Source: Octopus vulgaris (taxonomy: Eukaryota). Taken from it: a DNA stretch of 64,000 bases. Of the stretch, positions 25,774 to 38,642 are shown in pieces. The stretch is taken from the NCBI GenBank assembly GCA_951406725.2, contig OX597823.1:102920001-102984000 (forward strand). Reading direction: 5' to 3'. Position 1 is the first letter of the stretch. Every line of letters begins with the position of its first letter. Below the pieces are notes generated by a model. That model was given only the letters and a program-made list of their open reading frames with translations. It did no database searches and was not told where the DNA came from. Both the position numbers and the translations under genes were made by a program.

Positions 25774-26211
25774 TTAATAATGCATTTAATCCTTTAACAC
25801 TCCTATTGCTCTGTCAAATGTAATACTTATTCTTTTCACATAACTCTACATTATCTTGTACCTTTGAGATTTTGATGATGTAATTGTATACTCATGACAA
25901 TGTCATTTTAGAGTAGGTGTGTGATGAGAGGTCAGACCTAATCAGTTTGAACATAAATCAGGTGGAATATTTGAACTGAATATGGTCTGTTTAAAGAGCA
26001 GTCAGAATCATAAGAGCATTGGAAAAGATGCTTTACAGTATATGTTCTGAGTTCAAATCCCACTATGCTTAATGGCCCTTTATTTATTCAGGGTCAATAA
26101 AGTACTGGTCAATTACTGGATTTGGTTTAATCAATAAACTTCTGGCCCTATGTTTTAAATATTTTGTAACTGACATGAATGATATATATGTGTTTTGTGG
26201 ATAGGATACAA

Positions 26212-26368
26212 CTATGTGTTGTTAGTTTGGAGGGATGCCTCATTGGCAGCAGTGGTGGAATATGCTTAACTGTTGTTTTGTCTTTGGTCAGGACTGACCA
26301 GAGACTAAACAACAATTAAGCATATTCCACCACTGCCAATGAAAGATTCCTCCAAACTAACAACATAG
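26212..26368. repeat. Long near-perfect palindrome (arms about 75-80 bp, 2-nt spacer)
   Basis: Centre GGTCAG-GA-CTGACC at 26286-26299; the arms are complementary apart from a few mismatches and two small indels. Confidence 0.93.
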
Positions 26369-26906
26369 GGCTGCTGACTGGTTTTGTTGAGAAGGTGAGA
26401 TGTTCCAGTCATGGCCACATACACTCCTCTTGAACACAGATGTAATCTGAGTAAGATTTTCGCTATTATGTTTAACAGAAAGTTTGATTGGCTGGTGGCT
26501 TTTAAATCTAAATACACAATGCAATCAATCCATAACTTAAATTGACTTGTTGACTATCACACCTGATTTTAAAAAGTCTTCTCTACAAAGATGTGGGTAT
26601 TCTGTCTGGTGTGTGTGGTGGTAGTTGAGTACATTTATATTAATATGTCTGTAAGAAACAATTATAATTCTGAAAGCATTAGGATTTAACCCATTAGCAT
26701 TTAAAGTGGTCATATTTGACCCAAATAGTCTATTTGTTCAAACTGGCCAGATCCAGCCTCTCACACCTATACTATAATGTCATTCTAAAAATAAACAATC
26801 ATACCATCAAAATTTTGAAGCTACAAGTTACAGCATAATTAATTACAAAACAGTGTGAATAAATTAGCATTACATTTGACTGAGATCTATAATTTCTTTT
26901 TTCCAG

Positions 26907-26943
26907 ATTTAGATGCATATTACAAGGAAAGGCGGCCTGATAG
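26907..26943 (+). CDS. YTHDC1: YTHDC1 small exon (37 nt)
   Basis: ttttttccag| ... |gtaagt. (N)LDAYYKERRPD(R); phase 1 to 2, required to keep frame between its neighbours. Confidence 0.85.
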
Positions 26944-27124
26944 GTAAGTATTTTGCTTTGGAAATATTTAAAACTTAATTACAATCACTGCAATAAAGAA
27001 ATGCTTATCTCTGTAACCTTTTTCATGCAACTTGGTTACGTTGTATCACATTCATAGAGTATAAGATTAGATTTAAATGTTGTTGTCGTGTTACGTGATG
27101 TGTGTATGTTTCTGCATTTTCTAG

Positions 27125-27170
27125 GCCACCTCGTTATGGCGGAGTTCGCCGAGAAACATTCTTAAATGGA
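27125..27170 (+). CDS. YTHDC1: YTHDC1 exon
   Basis: ttttctag| ... |gtaagt. PPRYGGVRRETFLNG, compare vertebrate RFSGVRRDVFLNG. Confidence 0.92.
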
Positions 27171-30088
27171 GTAAGTATACATTAACTCTCATTTTTACGT
27201 AAATGTCAGAATTTAAAAAAAAAAAAGACAAGAGAAAGCTAAATTTATCATTTTATTAATGTAACAGATGTATTATTTGCTAATTTCCTTTTATTGCTTA
27301 TTCCGTATTGTATTTTCTTTCTAACTTTCTAATTGGAAGAACAGTTCAGTAAACATAGATCATGTTCCAATGACACAAACATTAACAATAATAATGTTGA
27401 ACGACAAACTATTTGTGATTTGAAATGTCTGTGTAACTTATTCTTTTCAATGAAGCACCATAACAGCTGTCTATGTGGAATTTTGTTCGGTTATGACACT
27501 ATATATTTTTTTTAAAAAAAGCTCCCAAATCGCTGAAGTTAGTCTGGACAAAGCATGTTGATCTGTTGCTTGTTGATTGGCTTCCTTCATCACTTCATCT
27601 CTTTATTTTACTATTAGCTTCTTAAATAATGTCATTTTCTTTCTTCTTTTTTTATTTAGAAATAGTTGTCTTGAGATATTTGTTACTCATTAAGTAATCT
27701 TGTGCAGAGATGCTGTTTTAATATGGAACCGTTTTACCAAACTTTTGGAGTGAATTTATGAATGAATTTTCTTAGTCTTAGAATATCTAAAAAATATTGA
27801 AACTAGGCAACTGAGTTGATATATTACACATACTCGAATGTTACTTAGCCTCAGGTTCACCATCTTCTTGTGTATCAGTGCCTTTTTTTTTTTTTTTTAA
27901 AGTATGCTAGCATGGAAAAACAGATGCTAAATGATATTGGTGTATTTGAGAGATATTAGCTGCTATTTTTAACTGGTCAGTCAACTGCATAAAGACTTGC
28001 TCGTTAACTCAATGATATTTTTGTCACAATAGATCTATCCATCTTTTTTTTTTGCCATGGGGAATTAGAAGAAATAGAGCTTCTTTTTACTTAGAATATC
28101 TTCAAATCTTCCCAGTTATTAAGATTTTGGCTTGGTTTTGAAAATCTTTCTTCACTGATATTTTTTGTAAGCAATGTTTTCTTAGAAAAGCTTAGAAAAA
28201 AATTATTAACTAAAGAAAACATTTCTGTTGAAATGCTTAGCGGTATTTCGTCTGCTGTTACATTCTGAGTTCAAACTCCATCAAGGTCAACTTTGCCTTT
28301 CGTCCTTTTGGGGTCAATCAAATAAGTACCAGTTACACACTGGGGTTGATGTAATCAACTTAAACCCTTTGTCCTTGTTTGTCCCCTCTGTTTAACCCCT
28401 TGTGGGCAATAAAGAAATAAATGTAAGATAGTTTCTGATATATACTTCAGTTATACTTCTGATATATCCTTTCAATTCTAAACAATGTTTCTTATACATT
28501 TATAACTACATTTCTCATTTATTAATATGCAGATAGCACACATGGTAGAGAAGTGGGCTAAATGTTTTTTGTTTCATAATTTTGAATTCATATCCCCCAC
28601 AATTGTCTGTCAGTAATAAAAGTACATATAGGAATATATATAAAGTCAAAATGCAATTATAGAAACTATCTATTTTTAATTTTTTATAGGGTCATGTTGC
28701 ACTGTTTATATACCTGTTATTTTGACAGTTGACAGCGTATCAAGTTTCAAAGTGTTTAGGTTGTCCTTTACACAGAGAGATAGATGTGTGGGGAGCAAGA
28801 TTAAATAGCATGTGTTAATGTGTTTCTTTGAAATGAATTTGTATATGTGCATGCATGTACAGGATATGTATATGCATGTGCATGCACCACATACTTGCAT
28901 AAAGAAAATTCAATGTTGAACTGTTACAATGTTCATATTTATTACACGGTAAAGCTGTTAAATCACAATTATTTACCTCTAAACAAATGTTTATGGAACT
29001 GCTCTTAGAGAAATAGAAATTCCCAGCATTTTGTTGATTTTTTTTTTTTTTTCAAACAAAAATTTTTTGAAACCTTAAAAATTTTTGTGAAAAAAAAAAA
29101 AAAAAAAATATTGTGGCCTTGAAATTTTTCCTCATCCAAAACTTTTGTCTAGTGTTTCTTCTGCTCTTCATTTTTCTGCTGTACACAATTCCCACCCCTG
29201 GCCCATTCTCCAATATCTCTGGCATATTGCTAAATATTATCGATTTTGTTTTTGGCTCGCCCAGCAGTGGAACAGTGTGGCGAGCTCATGGACTTATCCA
29301 GCAGCAGGGGTACGGCCATTAGTCCGTCCATCTGTACGTACACCATTCTTTTCACTGTGATAACAGTTAACTATATTAACATTGATATCTTATATTTTAT
29401 ATTGATTTTTAAAGATTTTATTTATTTATATATTTATTTTTTGGAAAAGAGAAAAAAGAAAATCAGCTAATTACTTTAAAGATTAAAGAGAAAAAGACAT
29501 CAAATATTTAATGAAAGCATAAAAGACTTCATATTTTCTAGTTAACACATTATCGTTTTAATGTACTCTCCTTGACTTGTTGTTTTCTACCTTTCTTCTG
29601 CTAGAAACTACATCAGCCGCCACTTTGTCAAGTTCCCATTTATAATATCTTCTGTTAAATGTTTTCTCACTGCTTACATCTTGGTTCTCTTTTCTACAAT
29701 TTTTTTTTCTTTTATATCACAACAAATACTTTTGGTAGCTAGAATTAAAATTTAGATTCGAGTTCTCTTTTCTCTAGCTTTTTGTTTTTGTTTACTTTAA
29801 CTTTGTTATTCTGTATGTTGATAATTAAAAGAAAACTTTTTATTACCATGTGGCTCAGTCACTCTGTGCCTCGCTCACCCTGTTACTCAAAGTGCAGTGT
29901 TAAAAAAAACTAAACTAAAACTTATAAAATATTTACTTTTAGTGTATCTGTGTAATTTTTTCATGATAGCTTCATAAGTTGAAACAGAAAGTTTCATTCT
30001 CTCTTCTCCATTTGTCATATTTCTTATAGACTTTAGTTTATAATTTTCCATTATAGATATTCAAGTATCTCCATATTATATAAGTATA

Positions 30089-30130
<42 letters not shown>

Positions 30131-30900
30131 CACACATTTACACACACACACACACACACACACACTGCTTTTTTTTTTTAATGCATTTCACCTCGAGTAT
30201 AAGCAAATTTGCTATTTACACTTTTGGTGTCCACACATGTAACTAACCCCACTCATTCTGTAACCTTGATTATCATTTTTATTGGTGTTTCATCTTATTT
30301 TCAATTAAAACACTGGCTAGATAGTCCGCTGAACATTGCCAAAGTTTCATTGGTTTGCCTACCACTGTCATGATCTCTTGCGGAGTAGAGTAACATTGAT
30401 ATTTAAAATTAATTTTAAATTAATTATATAAATCTAATCTTAAAAAATAACGATGGTGTTTTCTCATTCTAGTGGAATATTTATTTAGAGTTACATCAGC
30501 AGTTACAATTTTCCATTGCATTAATTATGCATTTATTTTATCATCATTTGTATAACTAATCTTGTATCTTATGAGACTATTGTATATTAAACTTATGGCT
30601 AGTTAACACTTCTTACTAAATTATCTTTATGTCCTCTTGCTAATTTCACTGAGTAATTTTTATAAGCAGACTCATTGTCTACTTATTTAATCTTTCAGAT
30701 TTAGGTTTTGATAAATTCATCAGATTATTTTCAATTAGTATCTAGTACTTTCATTTCTAGCATTTAAATTTTTAAAGTAAACTTTAAAATAGCCATATAT
30801 TAAAATTAATCATTAACTAAAGTAAATTATTACTGGTTATTACTCTGTCATCCACAGTAAAATGGGGATTTTTTTTTCCCTTTTATTTTCTGTTTTCTAG

Positions 30901-30975
30901 TCATATAGTGACTACATGCGAGAGTTCCAACATGTAAGACCTCCACCGCCACCTATGTCACCTTATGGCCCACCA
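30901..30975 (+). CDS. YTHDC1: YTHDC1 exon
   Basis: ttttctag| ... |gtaagt. SYSDYMREFQHVRPPPPPMSPYGPP, compare vertebrate SYNDYVREFHNMGPPPP. Confidence 0.93.
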
Positions 30976-31105
30976 GTAAGTCAGTTCAATTTATAGTTTT
31001 CACTTTTTGACAATTTTGTAGACCTAATTTTTGTTATAAAAAAAAATCTACATAATTTCCAGACTAACATTATTAATGCTGTTGCAATTATCTTCATTGT
31101 TTTAG

Positions 31106-31273
31106 CCTCCTGCATATGGACATCATATGGATCCAATGGTCACCTATACTGGTCATTATGATAACCGGCCGAGAAATTACATGACTCCTCCTGAGTATGG
31201 CCCAGCTTCGATTTCCAATCCCAGGCGCACAGATAAACGCTCAGCGAGTGCTGTTTGGGCAGAGAAACGTTCA
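31106..31273 (+). CDS. YTHDC1: YTHDC1 exon (Pro/Tyr-rich)
   Basis: ttttag| ... |gtaagt. PPAYGHHMDPMVTYTGHYDNRPRNYMTPPEYGPASISNPRRTDKRSASAVWAEKRS; phase 0 to 0. A possible alternative GC donor lies after 31243. Confidence 0.85.
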
Positions 31274-31584
31274 GTAAGTCAAGTAGTCATCACGTTTTAT
31301 TATTCTTTTTTTATTCATTCGTTTAATTTTCATTTATTTCTCCTGAGTGCTACATCTTTTAGTGGCAACCACATGGTTTACTGTTTTATGTAGCACTTCT
31401 ACTGGCTGCTACATATTTTATCTCTTTTATGCCAGTCACTCTGTGATTTGCATGTTATCTAGCTGATAACTATATTTTACTGGTCACTATGTAAATGTGT
31501 AGTTACTAGATGCTTTAGTTTTATATATATATATATATTATATGACTAGTGGTTGCATGTCTTTATGTATTATTATGCAGATGG

Positions 31585-31588
31585 CTAT

Positions 31589-31634
<46 letters not shown>

Positions 31635-31697
31635 GTGTGTGTATGTATGTATGTATATATATATATATGTATGTATATATACACATGTGTGTGTATG

Positions 31698-31728
<31 letters not shown>

Positions 31729-31739
31729 GTGTGTGTATG

Positions 31740-31770
<31 letters not shown>

Positions 31771-31797
31771 GTGTGTGTATGTGTATATATATATGTA
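31585..31797. repeat. Compound (TA)/(TG) microsatellite with higher-order units
   Basis: Repeated ACATGTGTGTGTATGT(AT)n blocks in the last YTHDC1 intron. Confidence 0.9.
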
Positions 31798-32057
31798 TTT
31801 TCATCAAACTCTTTCCATAATAATTTGTAATTATTGGAATGCCTTTCTTTTCAATGAAAATGTATTTACTCTTTTAAAAGCATTTTTTGTTTTACTAGAG
31901 AGGGAGATTTTAACTTTTATACTTGTCATTTTTATTGATAAGCCATTTGCTCATTAATGGAGGACCTGCTTTCCCCAAATGATATAAGACAAAATGATTG
32001 ACTAACTGACATAGTTAAGCAATATCCCACAATTCCTTTTGTTTTTTTCTGTTACAG

Positions 32058-32144
32058 TATGAGAGAGATGTTGATGATTTCCTCCGTAGAACTACACATG
32101 GGAATAGCTCCAGAGACCGACATCGCCACCGAGATCGCCGGTAA
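32058..32144 (+). CDS. YTHDC1: YTHDC1 terminal coding exon
   Basis: ttacag|. YERDVDDFLRRTTHGNSSRDRHRHRDRR*, with conserved VDDFLRRT; TAA at 32142-32144. Confidence 0.94.
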   Translation, partial: YERDVDDFLRRTTHGNSSRDRHRHRDRR

Positions 32145-35100
32145 AAGCCATCATCAACAATTAGATTACACTTGCAATTTAATTGCTACTTAATAACTAG
32201 TGGGTTGAAAGATGCTGTAAGCTGCAAAGACTATCTGCTTCTGGTGCTCAGCTATTGGTTTCGTGAAGTTACTGTCATCATTGTGCTGATATATTTTCTC
32301 CGTTAAAGATGAATTACTTCACACTTTCACCCAGCTTAAATCATCTGTCAAAAGATTGCTCCATCTTATTTTCAAACCCATTGACAAAATGTGAACATTC
32401 ATTTTTGCCTCAATCTCTTTTACTATCTACAGATATTTTCATTCACTTCACACAATAGATCCCATGCAATAGTTTAAATATTTTGTAAAAACAAAATATC
32501 AATCACTTAAAAAAAAATAAACAAAATTTGAAACAAAATATGATTTTTATTTCTAAATTGCATATATCTTTAAAGGGGGAAAAAGTTTCCTCTTTTTTTC
32601 CTTTTTTTTTTTTGTCTGTTTAACATCAAACACTTCATTCTTTATTTTCTAGTGATATATGAAGTACTTTCCTGCTGTATTATAATCCCTGCTTTCTCTG
32701 ACTTGATCCTAGTATCAGTGTGATATTAGACCATTTTGAAAAAAAGTATTTATATTTTGATACATATTACAAATTTTACTGAAGGAGTTTTCCTCAGTTG
32801 ACTTCTTTTTTCTCTTGTAATATATATATATATACATGGCAATGTTACATGGAATCATTGACTTCCATTCAAAAATATGTGGTAAACGTGATTTGTTTGT
32901 TTTTTATGTTTGACTGCTTTAAGACTTCATGTTGTTGGCTTTTAATGTTTGTTCCTTGTAGGACTGTGGATGGTATTCAAAGTTCAGCACCAAACAAAAA
33001 AGAAATGGCATACTGCAATATGAAGCAGATATATTCACAGTAAAAAAAAAAAAAAAAGAGAGAGAGACAAAGCTACTTTCAGTTTTAAGAAGCTCTAAAT
33101 TTTAAGTAATTTGGTTATAATATATTGATGTATTTTCAAATTAATCTGAAGGTTTTTCAGTAAACCAAAACCAACACAATATTTGATATTGAAATATGAG
33201 CATATGATAAAAAAAATAGTTTGGGTTATATTTCAGGAACTGTGTCTTAATATATAAATGGCTTCGTTCTATTTAATTTACTGACTGCTAAAAATGAAAA
33301 TTGCTACATCAATGAGCTGCTACATTCAAGGATATTTTACTGTCTTGATTTTTGATGGTACAATGGAGATTGGCACAAGAAAAAACTATCAGCTATGAAA
33401 CAGCTGCTATATTTTGTAAATCCTTCCAACCCGTAATAATTAAGTTTGGAGTATAGATGCTCAAAGGAGGAAAGAAATTATTATAGTCTTTTAAGAACAG
33501 TAATTAATTATAACTCGTAATATTTTTGATGATTCTTAGTTCTATATACTGTAGGAAAAGATTAGTTTTTGTTTCTAGACTAGTTTGGCTACAACAAATT
33601 AATTCACTGATGGCATTCTTGTAGTTCAAAGAAACTCTTATACTACTCTAAGTTGTCTCTTGATTTATTTTTTTGGAAGCCAACACAAAAGTCTGTTGCA
33701 CTTTTGAGAATATTTCAGATTTGAAATCATTCTAAGCATTATAAAACTTTCAAACTATTTGGGTACAAGCCATATTGAGGAAGAACAAGTTGCTGGCTTT
33801 AGAAGTTGTCCAAGTACACCCTCAGTCTATATAAGTGTTTTAAAATTTATAAATTTGTTGTTTTTGATTCAGGAAAGAACAAATGTTTTAATGAAATGCA
33901 GTTGTTGTTAGTTTGTCGCTGAAACATTTCATATTTCTCAGTTGAACAAAATATTGATTTTAATCTCACGATGTCAATTTACAAGCAAGCAAAATCAACA
34001 AGCTGTTCTCTAATTATCACAATTGATTCTCATTATATTATATTCTTGTTAGAATATTATATGCTACACAAGAGTGGTGATCATTTCTGAAACTGTAGAG
34101 GGATAAAACTAAATGCATCATAGTATTTGGTTTTTATTCCTCCAGCTTCTGAATCTGGATCTTACTCTGAATCACTTTGGCTTGCATGATTGTGTGGCAA
34201 AGAAGCTTGCTTCATCACGATATTGCTTTCAGGCTCATTCCCACTGCATGGGGATTTGACCAAATGTCTCTTACCATTACCTCATTGCAACCAAACACTG
34301 AAATTTGGTAGGCAGAAACTATGAAACCCTGTCAGAGGGAGTGTTCTTGGGTGATAGACTTAATCCATTGTCCAGTTTAGTGCTGCCACTCTCTTTTGGG
34401 TGCTTTAGCAGAGCACATTCTTTTGCAAGCATTTAACTTCCTCCTTTCCTCCCGTCACTCTTCAAGGACCTGTAAAAAAATCCCTTTCCTCTCAACTAAT
34501 TAAAAAAAAATTAATTTTTTTTAATCCTAGAAAGATATTGTGGTCAATTGATCAACTATGCACCACATAAAATATTTGACTACGAGAGAAATTATTGTGT
34601 ATCATTCAATACATGCTTGTGTATACACTCAAGAACTGACACGAAAAATTTATATTCTGATGATGAGCAAGAAACATTGAGTAAAAGTAATCAAATTAAA
34701 ACACTGTTACTATTCTATTGTGCTAACAAACCATTAAACCAGATCCAAGTTAACATGAAAACCCAGAACCTTATATTTTGAAATTGTAGGAAAAACAGAA
34801 TTTAGAAAATGGTTAAATTTTAAAGTCGGAAAACCAGTTCTTTCACTTGTTGACATTCAAACTATTTCTTGTCAAATTTTGTGTTCCAGAAAAAAATATT
34901 TGATGATACCAATGTATTACAGGGCAGTAACCTATTTTTTCACAGGAGTTTTTCATCTCTTGTATGATGCTTGTATCCTACCAGTCTCAAATCTTTAAGT
35001 ATGAGCTTCCACACAATAAAATTATAAAAAGACTTAGGTTATTATACTGTTAATGCAATTGCCAAATAACCAGTCATTTAGATTCTGAAAAATAAATTTG

Positions 35101-35600
35101 AATGTGCAATACATTTTGAATTCTAGTATTGTTTTGGTATTTGTGTGACCTTTCAGAGTAATTATAAACTCGAGAAGAGAAATAGATATAAATCTGGTGT
35201 TTATTAGGTAGTAATTTTCTGAAACACTGACTTAATTTAAAACTTTTTTTTTATCAAGCTTATCAGTTACATGTTAAATATATTTAATATATGAGCTATT
35301 TATTTATTTATTACCATTCCCGACATAATTTCATTAAGATGGTCTGAGTTTTTGAGTTTCTGTTCAGTAATTTGTTTTTTAATTTATGTATTGTAATTTG
35401 AGTAAATTAGTTTGCCAATTGCTACTTGTGCTAAAACCTATTAATATGCAGCTGCTAGGTAAAAGCAGATGAACATGACAGCTCAGGAAGTGTTCAACAG
35501 TCACCTTTGTACACAACATGGAGAAACAGATTTTACTTGTAATTGAACTAGTTTAATCAAAACTATTTTCAATAAAACAGTTCAATGCAGAAAACTTTTC
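32145..35600 (+). other. Probable YTHDC1 3' UTR with candidate poly(A) signals
   Basis: AT-rich, nearly TE-free stretch after the stop. AATAAA at 35015, 35091 and 35571, the last two followed by U/GU-rich tracts. The end point is inferred. Confidence 0.45.
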
Positions 35601-36604
35601 TTTGTGTACTTTTTTTTCCTCACTAAAATTAACAATTTTCAGTGTAGCTGTATTTATATCTTTGTTATTAGACATATCTTAATATTTAATATTTTAAAAA
35701 TGTGGTCCCTACTTTCAAGATGTCAAAGCATTTGTTAAAGTGTTGCTGCATTAAGTGAAGCAACTACATAAGAGAACTGTTACTGTCTAGTACAATTCAA
35801 AGAACAAACTTTGTTCATTCATTTACTGCTATCTGTTACTACAAATACCAATCTTTGTTTTCAAATTCAATGTAATTTGTGGGCCATCAGGCAGGTGGTC
35901 TGTTTACTTCTAGTTCTTCATCATCATCATCGTTTAACGTCCGCTTTCCATGCTAGCATGGGTTGGACGATTTTGACTGAGGGCTGGTGAACCAGATGGC
36001 TGCACCAGGCTCCAATCTTGATCTGGCAGGGTTTCTACAACTGGATGCCCTTCCTAATGCCAACCACTCTGAGAGTGTTGTGGGTGCTTTTTACGTGCCA
36101 CCGGCATGGGGCCAGTCAGGCGGTACTGGCAATGATCACGCTCAGATGGTGCTCATGTCGCAAAATAATTTTTACTTACATATGCATTGCTTGCAGTAGA
36201 AATGGGATGATATACTGGGTTATGGGCCATTGCAAAACAAAGTTGCTGATCTCTTTACTAGACTGAGTCCTGGCATTTGACATCTATGGTACTATTGGAC
36301 TTACAAAGCATTGCTCTTCATACTTCCATTGGCTACAGCTGTAGTACATGTCTTCTTGCAGAAAACGGAATGGAATAATTTTCAGCAACTATTAGAGAAA
36401 ACGGTTATTTTATTTACACACACACAGTCTCATGTGAATCAGTATCTCATACTAGCTCAGCAACATTGATGTTTCAACAACACTTTGCTCTGATATTGCA
36501 TTTACTCTACTACAAAGATGGGTTCAATACATTGGCATCAAAGGTCATTATGTACAGGAAATATTAATTTTATCAATGAAGTTATTGGTTGAAACTAGAT
36601 GTAT

Positions 36605-37110
36605 TCATCATCATCATCATCGTCCGTTTTCCATGCTAGTATGGGTTGGATGGTTTGACCTGGGTCTGGGAAGCCAGATGGCTGCACCAGGCTCCAGTCT
36701 GATCTGGCAGTGTTTCTACAGCTGGATGCCCTTCCTAACACCAACCACTCCGAGAGTGTAGTGGGTGCTTTTTACAGGCCAGGGGAGGCTGGCAACGGCC
36801 ACGATCAGTTGGTGCTTTTTATGTGCCACCGGCACGGAAGCCAGTCACGGTGGCGCTGGCATCAGCCACATACGGGTGGTGCTTTCTACGTGCCACCGGC
36901 ACAGGTATCACAGCTACAATTTCCATTTGATTTTTTGATGTTGATGTACTTGACTCAATAGGTCTCCTCAAGCACAGCAAGCCGTCCTGCGGTCCAAGGC
37001 ACTTTTGGATGGGCTGGGGCTTCTATGTGAAGCTGGTGCAGGAAACAGCCATGAACTCACGTTATTTGTCAGGTCTTTGCAGTCACAGCATATCTCCAGA
37101 GGTCTCGGTA
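36605..37110 (-). mobile_element. RTE LINE 3' end with (GAT)n tail
   Basis: Shares GCTGTGCTTGAG and GGTGGCAC motifs with the LINE end at about 63830-63910. Further copies at about 6875-7080 (+), 24085-24434 (+), 35919-36155 (-), 40526-40910 (-) and 60000-60260 (+). Confidence 0.8.
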
Positions 37111-37580
37111 TTGGTTTATAAAACTATTTCACTCTACAATTTGGAAATTGTCAAACATTCAACAGTTAAGTCATTGTGTGTGAAGACAGCAATTATGGTT
37201 TTATTGAGGAGAACACTGGAGTAGTTCACTGTTATTTAGATCAGGTCATAGTAAGCTAAGCCTTGCACTGAAAGGTAGCAAAGTACTCATGGCATCTATA
37301 GATAATCACTTTGCAGTTATATATTTAGGGATTCCTTCATCACCTAATTGTACTTTGACGTATTGATGAAAGATCTCAAACTTCTATATAAATGATATTA
37401 ATTTATATAGTATCATTTATATATAACACTCCTATATAAACGATACTAATTTCACTACTAAACCTCTTTCATGTAGATCAGTGATTTCTCAGAGAATATA
37501 TTTAGACACACTAGCACACAAAGGCATACTTGTACACTGCAAGAAGTATCGAAGTGCATCAGTAACTTTTTAAAATATAT

Positions 37581-37788
37581 CCAAGGGGATGCTGAAAAGT
37601 TCCTGGCTTTAGGTAAAAGAAAATAAAAGAGGATCAGTTATGATTTTATTGAACATATTCTCTCACATTCACATGCTTATCGCAGTGGTCTTTCCATTTT
37701 TCTAAGTTATGTAAAAGAACTCGGAAGGATGGGCCTCTCATCAGGATTTTCGGGATACCCTTAAAACCAGGAACTTTACAGCACCTCG
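37581..37788. mobile_element. mariner-type MITE
   Basis: Inverted ends GCTGAAAAGTTCCTGGCTTTA / TAAAACCAGGAACTTTACAGC; right end CCTCG|TA. Confidence 0.72.
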
Positions 37789-38532
37789 TAATTTAAGGTT
37801 ATAGAAATTCCATGCTGATGCTAAAGCATTATGAAAAATATGTAAGTCATAAATACAATTAGTAAACATAAATATAATTAGTCCATTCTACTGTAGGCAC
37901 AATGCATGACATTTTACGAGAACCGGCTTACTCAGATCAACCCCAACTGCTACTTTGTTTATCAACCCAAGAAGGACAAAAGGTAAAGGTGAACTCAGTG
38001 GCATTTCAACTTGGAACATAATACTTGAAGAAATGCCCCTAAGTCTTTGTATCCAATGTGGTAACAAACCTCCCAGCTTGCCATGTTACACATTATATTT
38101 TAATAAAATGAGATAAACAATAGTTTTCTTTACATATCTTTTTATCTTGTTTCAGTCATTAGACACTGCAGACATGCTGGGGCACCATCTTGAAGAAATT
38201 TAATCAAACAAATCACCCCCACGACTTAATTTTTTTTTAAGCCTGGTACTTTATCAGACTCTTTTGCTGAACTGCTAAGTTGCAGGGATGTAAACACACC
38301 AGCACAAGTTGTCAAGTGGTGGTGGTGGTGGGGGACAAATATACACATATATTTATATATAAAATAGGAATTAGAGATAAAACCACTATTATGCAACTCA
38401 AACAGTGATAGACATAAACCAATACATAAATAACAAATTATATATATATATATGTAATTTTTTTTTTTACTATATAAAACTTATAAATTAGATCTCAAAA
38501 AGTATAAAATGAATTATAAATATATAATAAGT

Positions 38533-38642
38533 AAAAACACTACATACGTTTCATGGCTACAATTAAATTCGAATTACAATTAAGTTTAAATTCAATTGAA
38601 ATAAATTTAAATTAAAATTATAGTCAATCTTCAGGTTAATGA
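38533..38642 (-). ncRNA. Degenerate hammerhead motif in an AT-rich Penelope-like remnant (about 38360-39460)
   Basis: Minus strand CTGAAGA-TTGACTATAATT...AATTGTAGCCAT-GAAA-CGTATG-TA; stem I is poor. Confidence 0.5.

Noticed and set aside
31538-31957. Overlapping ORFs rich in YIYI/VCVC (also at 42.1-42.9 kb and 53.2-55.7 kb)
   Set aside because: They are translations of dinucleotide microsatellites, not genes.
36780-36910. Regularly recurring GGTGCTTTT.ATGTGCCACCGGCAC motifs resembling a CRISPR array (also about 40670-40900)
   Set aside because: These are degenerate internal repeats of the RTE 3' UTR; the context is eukaryotic and there are no cas genes.
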